From an uncultured Prevotellaceae bacterium (lineage in GTDB: Bacteria; Bacteroidota; Bacteroidia; Bacteroidales; Bacteroidaceae), in the NCBI GenBank assembly GCA_900321425.1, contig ONWA01000018.1, positions 15,015 through 79,014 on the forward strand: a DNA stretch of 64,000 nucleotides, in the 5' to 3' direction. The notes under the pieces were generated by a model. The model saw only the letters and a program-made list of their open reading frames with translations, ran no database searches and was not told the DNA's origin. Position numbers and translations under genes: made by a program. Every line of letters starts with the position of its first letter. The first letter of the stretch is position 1. Of the stretch, positions 58,869 through 64,000 are shown piece after piece.

Positions 58869-61037
58869 ATGAAAAAACTATTGCTAAGTTTGTTGTTGGC
58901 GACTACAACCATCGGGATGATGGCTGTGCCAGCAAAAAGAGGTGTGTGGAAAACTATTCAATTGAGTGACGGAACGGAAGCGAGAGTAACCCTCGTGGGC
59001 GACGAATTCGGACATTATTGGAAGGCAGAAGACGGACAGACGTATAAACAAGTCCCAGGTACTGAAATCTATGCAGCAGTTAATGAACAAACGGTTACTG
59101 AAAAAGCAAGAGTCCGTCGCGCTAAGGTAAATGCGAAACGTTTGGTAAAACGTGAATTCGGTAAACCTACCCATTATGAAGGTTCGAAGAAAGCCTTGAT
59201 CATATTAGTTAACTTTTCTGACGTGAAATTCAAAACAGCGAACAATAATGCTCTTTTCCAGCGGATAGCTAATGAGGTGAATTTCTCTGAGGGCAATTTT
59301 AGAGGATCTATGGCAGACTACTTTAAGGCGCAAAGTCGTGGTAAGTTCCTACTGTCCTTCGATGTCGTCGGTCCTGTGACAGTATCTAAGAAAGCTTCGT
59401 ATTATGGAGAAAATTCTGATGATGAAAATGAGGAGGATCTTCATCCCGGAGAGATGATCTGCGAAGCGGTACAGCTGGCAAAGAGTCAAGTAAGTAATTG
59501 GAAACAATATGACTGGGATAATGACGGTTATGTTGATCAGGTATATATTGTTTATGCAGGTAAAGGAGAAGCTGATGGCGGAGATGAAAATACCATTTGG
59601 CCACATGCTTTCGACTTGTATACAGCCCATTATTATGGTGACGGAGACGGTCCAGTGCAAGTGGCAACCAATTTATATGTGAACTCTTATGCATGTGGTG
59701 GAGAGTTGAACGGACAAACGGGTAGCATTGCTGGAATTGGAACGATGTGTCATGAGTTCAGTCACTGTTTGGGCTATCCGGATTTCTATGATACGGGCTA
59801 TTCTGGTGGTCAGGGTATGTGTGATTGGGATCTGATGGATAGTGGCTCCTATAATGGTGACGGATATCAGCCGGCTGGATATACCAGTTATGAGCGTTGG
59901 TTTGCGGGGTGGGAAACTCCAATTACCCTTGAAGCCGAGGATGTATCCGTTACAAATATGAAATCACTCCAAAGTGGTGGTGAGAGCTATATTATCTATA
60001 ATAAGAAGAACCGTGAGGAATATTTCTTGTTGGAGAATCGTCAATCTGACGGATGGGATGAGTCCTTGTATGGCGCCGGCTTGTTGATTCTGCATGTGGA
60101 TCATGACGAATCAGCTTGGACAAACAATACACCTAATAGTGAAGCTAATCATCAGCGTATGACTTGGATTCCTGCTGATAAGAAATACCACTATGAGACA
60201 TATCAAGGTTCGAAATATTATTATACAAATCAAACCGATGTGTTCCCCTATGGCAATGTGAAGACTTTCAATAAAGATTTTGGAACCCTTGCTAAATTTT
60301 ACAATAAGAATACCGATGGTACCTATTATTTAGATTCTTCAGTAGAAGATATTACACAGAATGCAGATGGTACTATCTCATTCAACTTTGTGGCCAACTA
60401 TACTGGTGGTTCTGGTGGCGGCTCTGTCGCTCCCACAGGCGACTATCTGTTCTATGAATCGTTCAGTCAGTGTAATGGTACTGGTGGTAATGATGGCTTA
60501 TGGAGTGGATTAGTGGCCAATAGTGACTTCGTTCCTGATAATGATGGTTGGGCTGCTTGTTCTGATATCAAGGGTGCAAAAGCCTTTGGTGCGGATGAAT
60601 GTGCTAAATTCGGTACGGGAAAGATCGATGGCTGGGCGACAACACCTGCGTTTACTGTCAACGGAACAGGTAATCTTACATTCCAGGCAGGGGCTTGGAA
60701 TGCAACTGCAGATCAAACAACATTGAACTTGTCAGTATCAAATGGTAGTATTTCTCCTTCATCCGTGACGATGACAAAGGGGGCATTTACGGATTTTACA
60801 GCAACGATTACAGCTACAGGAAATGTACAAGTAACCTTTAAATCGTCAAAAGGTCGTTTCTTCCTTGACGAAGTGCTCGTTGTTGACCCGAATGCGACAG
60901 GAATTCAAGAGATAAAGGTGGCTAAGCCTACAACAGAAGGAAAGATATATACTCTTGACGGTCGGTATGTTGGAACAGACTTCAGCCAGTTGAGGCGCGG
61001 CGTTTATATTGTCAATGGTAAGAAGGTGATGAAGTAA
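58869..61037 (+). CDS. M6 family (immune inhibitor A-like) metalloprotease with T9SS-type tail
   Basis: LVGDEFGH prodomain, IWPH, GTMCHEFSHCLGYPDFYD, WDLMDSGSYN, EYFLLENRQ. Confidence 0.92.
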   Translation: MKKLLLSLLLATTTIGMMAVPAKRGVWKTIQLSDGTEARVTLVGDEFGHYWKAEDGQTYKQVPGTEIYAAVNEQTVTEKARVRRAKVNAKRLVKREFGKPTHYEGSKKALIILVNFSDVKFKTANNNALFQRIANEVNFSEGNFRGSMADYFKAQSRGKFLLSFDVVGPVTVSKKASYYGENSDDENEEDLHPGEMICEAVQLAKSQVSNWKQYDWDNDGYVDQVYIVYAGKGEADGGDENTIWPHAFDLYTAHYYGDGDGPVQVATNLYVNSYACGGELNGQTGSIAGIGTMCHEFSHCLGYPDFYDTGYSGGQGMCDWDLMDSGSYNGDGYQPAGYTSYERWFAGWETPITLEAEDVSVTNMKSLQSGGESYIIYNKKNREEYFLLENRQSDGWDESLYGAGLLILHVDHDESAWTNNTPNSEANHQRMTWIPADKKYHYETYQGSKYYYTNQTDVFPYGNVKTFNKDFGTLAKFYNKNTDGTYYLDSSVEDITQNADGTISFNFVANYTGGSGGGSVAPTGDYLFYESFSQCNGTGGNDGLWSGLVANSDFVPDNDGWAACSDIKGAKAFGADECAKFGTGKIDGWATTPAFTVNGTGNLTFQAGAWNATADQTTLNLSVSNGSISPSSVTMTKGAFTDFTATITATGNVQVTFKSSKGRFFLDEVLVVDPNATGIQEIKVAKPTTEGKIYTLDGRYVGTDFSQLRRGVYIVNGKKVMK

Positions 61038-61065
61038 TATCCTTGCGAAATCAATCATTTTATTT

Positions 61066-61109
61066 ATGCAGATATTTGCCAAGCAACGCGAGTATCTGCA
61101 TATTTTTTT
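61066..61109 (+). terminator. Intrinsic terminator after the M6 protease
   Basis: ATGCAGATAtTtGC...GCgAgTATCTGCAT followed by a T-run. Confidence 0.75.
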
Positions 61110-61170
61110 CTCTATTTTTCTTTCTCACACATTTTTTTCGTACCTTTGCCGACGAATATATTCAAGACAA

Positions 61171-62220
61171 ATGGGCGACATGATGACAAAGTCAGCACGA
61201 TGGAGAATGCCTGCGGAGTGGGAACCACAAAGCGGGGTTCAGTTGATTTGGCCTCATGCTGATACTGACTGGGCCCCAATCCTTCGTGAGATTCAGTCGA
61301 CTTATATCGAAATGGGAAAGGCGATAGCTGAACGGGAACGCCTGTTGCTCATTACCCCTAAAGATGGAGAGAACTGTCATTTTGCTAATTCGCAATATCT
61401 GACTCTAGACTCCAATGACACATGGGCTCGTGACAATGGTTTTATCACACTTGTAGATGATGAAGGACACTATCGCCTTCTAGATTTCTGCTTCAATGGA
61501 TGGGGCGAGAAGTTCAGCGCAGACAAGGACAATGCACTTAATCGACAAATTTTTGATGCGGGTTTTGTTGTAGGAGCTTATACTGACGAAAACGAATTTG
61601 TGCTCGAAGGCGGCTCTATAGAGAGTGATGGAAAGGGGACAATTTTCACTACAGCAGGATGTCTGATGGCTCCTCATAGAAACCAACCCTTTTCTCAACA
61701 AGAAATTGAAGAATACTTAAAGAAACATCTTGCTGCCGACCGTGTCGTATGGATTCATCATGGTCATCTGACGGGTGACGATACGGATGGACATATCGAT
61801 ACGTTGGTTCGGGTAGCCCCTGATGACACATTAATCTATGTGGGTTGTGACAATCCTGAAGACGAACAGTATGAAGACTTATTGCTGATGGAGCAAGAAC
61901 TACAGTCTTTGCGTACACAAGATGGGAAACCATACCGACTGCTTCGCTTATCGATGCCTCGGGCCATCTTCGATGAAGGGCAGCGCCTACCCGCTACCTA
62001 TGCTAACTTTCTGATTATCAATGGTGCGGTGCTATATCCAACGTATTGTCAACCAGAGCTCGACGCTGAGGCAGAACGAATCATCCAACAGGCTTTCCCG
62101 GACAGGGAAATGGTGGGCGTCGATTGTTGTAGTATTATCAAACAGCATGGTTCACTACATTGTTGTACCATGCAGTTTCCTAAAGGTGTTTTAAAAGAAA
62201 TTGATGATAAACCATGGTAG
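61171..62220 (+). CDS. aguA: Agmatine deiminase family protein
   Basis: MPAEWEPQ, DTWARD, FNGWG, LEGGSIESDG, DDTDGHID, ATYANF, GSLHCCTMQ; promoter TACCTTTG at 61141. Confidence 0.92.
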   Translation: MGDMMTKSARWRMPAEWEPQSGVQLIWPHADTDWAPILREIQSTYIEMGKAIAERERLLLITPKDGENCHFANSQYLTLDSNDTWARDNGFITLVDDEGHYRLLDFCFNGWGEKFSADKDNALNRQIFDAGFVVGAYTDENEFVLEGGSIESDGKGTIFTTAGCLMAPHRNQPFSQQEIEEYLKKHLAADRVVWIHHGHLTGDDTDGHIDTLVRVAPDDTLIYVGCDNPEDEQYEDLLLMEQELQSLRTQDGKPYRLLRLSMPRAIFDEGQRLPATYANFLIINGAVLYPTYCQPELDAEAERIIQQAFPDREMVGVDCCSIIKQHGSLHCCTMQFPKGVLKEIDDKPW

Positions 62221-62224
62221 ACTC

Positions 62225-63115
62225 ATGAAAGAGATAAAGATAGGATTTTTACAACTTCACAATACGGCAGACGTGAATGACAATATTCATAGACTGCAAG
62301 AAGGTATCAGAGATTTGGCGCATAGGGGAGCACAACTCATTGTGCTCCAAGAGTTGCATAACTCGCTCTATTTCTGTCAGGTAGAAAGTGTGGACAATTT
62401 CAATCTCGCTGAGCCCATTCCTGGACCATCTACAGCGTTGTATGGCGCCTTGGCCAAAGAATTGGGTGTAGTGATCGTCACTTCGCTCTTTGAGCGTAGG
62501 GCTCCAGGACTCTATCATAATACCGCTGTCGTGGTAGAGAGTGACGGTACTATTGCAGGCAAGTACCGTAAGATGCATATTCCCGATGATCCAGCCTATT
62601 ATGAGAAATTTTATTTCACGCCAGGTGACTTGGGCTTCCGCCCCATCCAAACCTCAATAGGAAAACTGGGAGTGCTGGTATGTTGGGATCAATGGTACCC
62701 AGAAGCTGCCCGTCTGATGGCTCTTCGTGGAGCAGAACTGCTGATTTATCCCACGGCTATCGGCTATGAATCGAGTGATAGTACTGAGGAACAGCAACGT
62801 CAACGTAGAGCATGGCAAACAGTGATACGTGGACACGCTGTCGCAAACGGGCTACCTGTCATCGCAGTGAATAGGGTTGGTCATGAAGAGGACCCGAGTG
62901 GACAGACGAACGGTATTCAGTTTTGGGGAACCTCTTTCGTGGCAGGTCCACAGGGCGAGATTGTGTATGAGGCATGCGATGATGACGAGGAGAGTATCAT
63001 TGTCGAGATGGATATGGATCATTCAGAGCAGGTGCGTCGTTGGTGGCCTTTCCTGCGCGATCGTAGGATTGAAGAGTATGAAGGTATCACACGCCGTTTT
63101 CTGGATGAAGAGTAA
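62225..63115 (+). CDS. aguB: N-carbamoylputrescine amidohydrolase (carbon-nitrogen hydrolase)
   Basis: LQEL, YRKMHIPDDPAYYEKFYF, VCWDQWYPEAAR, YPTAIG, WPFLRDRR; follows aguA. Confidence 0.9.
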   Translation: MKEIKIGFLQLHNTADVNDNIHRLQEGIRDLAHRGAQLIVLQELHNSLYFCQVESVDNFNLAEPIPGPSTALYGALAKELGVVIVTSLFERRAPGLYHNTAVVVESDGTIAGKYRKMHIPDDPAYYEKFYFTPGDLGFRPIQTSIGKLGVLVCWDQWYPEAARLMALRGAELLIYPTAIGYESSDSTEEQQRQRRAWQTVIRGHAVANGLPVIAVNRVGHEEDPSGQTNGIQFWGTSFVAGPQGEIVYEACDDDEESIIVEMDMDHSEQVRRWWPFLRDRRIEEYEGITRRFLDEE

Positions 63116-63141
63116 GTAATAACGAACAACACGAAACCAAT

Positions 63142-64000
63142 ATGTCAAGTAATTTAAGATTCAGGGTCGTAGAAGAGGCATTTAAGAAGAAGGCTGTAGA
63201 GGTGTCAGTACCATCAGAGCGGCCCTCAGCGTATTTTGGCAAGTATGTATTCAACCGTCCTAAGATGTATAAATACCTCCCTAAGGATGTGTATGATAAG
63301 CTGATAGACGTGATAGACAATGGTGCCCGTCTTGACCGTTCTATTGCCGATGCAGTAGCTGCTGGTATGAAACAGTGGGCTTTGGAGATGGGTGTTACCC
63401 ATTATACCCATTGGTTTCAACCCCTCACCGAAGGAACAGCTGAGAAGCATGATGCTTTTGTGGAGCACGATGGTAATGGAGGAATGATTGAGAAATTCTC
63501 TGGGAAGTTGCTTGTGCAGCAAGAACCTGATGCATCATCTTTCCCCAACGGAGGTATTCGTAATACGTTTGAAGCACGAGGCTACTCCGCATGGGATCCA
63601 ACTTCTCCCGTGTTTATCATTGATGATACACTATGTATTCCCACAATTTTCATCAGCTATACTGGTGAGGCACTTGATTATAAGGCGCCATTGCTCCGTT
63701 CGCTTCATGCAGTAGGAAAGGCTGCTAAGGAGGTATGCCAGTACTTTTACGATGATGTGACTAAGGTACAGGTTAACCTGGGCTGGGAGCAGGAATATTT
63801 CCTTGTAGACGAAGGACTCTATTTTGCACGTCCAGATTTGTTGATGACTGGTCGTACATTGATGGGACATGAGAGTGCCAAGAATCAACAAATGGACGAT
63901 CACTACTTTGGTACGATTCCCGATCGTGTTCAGGCGTTTATGAAGGATTTGGAAATCCAAGCGCTCGAACTTGCTATTCCCTGTAAGACGCGACATAATG
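63142..64000 (+). CDS. glnA: Glutamine synthetase type III, 5' part (runs off the window; absent from the ORF track)
   Basis: MSSNLRF...GVTHYTHWFQPLTEGTAEKHDAF...QQEPDASSFPNGGIRNTFEARGYSAWD...LGWEQEYFLVD. Confidence 0.95.
   Translation, partial: MSSNLRFRVVEEAFKKKAVEVSVPSERPSAYFGKYVFNRPKMYKYLPKDVYDKLIDVIDNGARLDRSIADAVAAGMKQWALEMGVTHYTHWFQPLTEGTAEKHDAFVEHDGNGGMIEKFSGKLLVQQEPDASSFPNGGIRNTFEARGYSAWDPTSPVFIIDDTLCIPTIFISYTGEALDYKAPLLRSLHAVGKAAKEVCQYFYDDVTKVQVNLGWEQEYFLVDEGLYFARPDLLMTGRTLMGHESAKNQQMDDHYFGTIPDRVQAFMKDLEIQALELAIPCKTRHN

Noticed and set aside
61320-61420. Possibly shortened segment in AguA before DTWARD
   Set aside because: In frame and within a variable region; cannot be told from natural variation without an alignment.
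63087-63996. Several short ORFs listed at the window end
   Set aside because: They are shadows of the open glutamine synthetase III frame starting at 63142.

Overview
Bacteroidota (Prevotella-like) chromosomal window, judged from TAnnTTTG promoters, T9SS-type C-termini and SusC/D genes. Left to right it holds: hsp20, trpB2, a Na+:solute symporter, a sensor-less hybrid two-component regulator, trxB/gpx, a NucA-type nuclease and rpmE2; a pectin-type PUL (pectinesterase, split SusC, SusD, surface lipoprotein); a SusD-less TonB receptor/OB-fold lipoprotein/EEP nuclease/udk cluster that looks like a DNA-scavenging locus; a large Wzx/Wzy capsule region built around tmRNA; a GalAK-like kinase; secreted endonuclease I and M6 protease; aguA-aguB; and the start of glutamine synthetase III. 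The most unusual item is a 1.9-kb unit inside the capsule locus (32055-33955): one VapE/SF3-helicase-like ATPase gene bounded by 107-bp terminal inverted repeats with conserved ACCTCA boxes and a flip/flop hairpin, plus a 22-bp iteron-like array, with no transposase or integrase. Also notable are a G12 tract in a glycosyltransferase, an orphan sRNA candidate and a recurring pattern of short internal deletions. All calls come from reading motifs by eye; no database searches were run.
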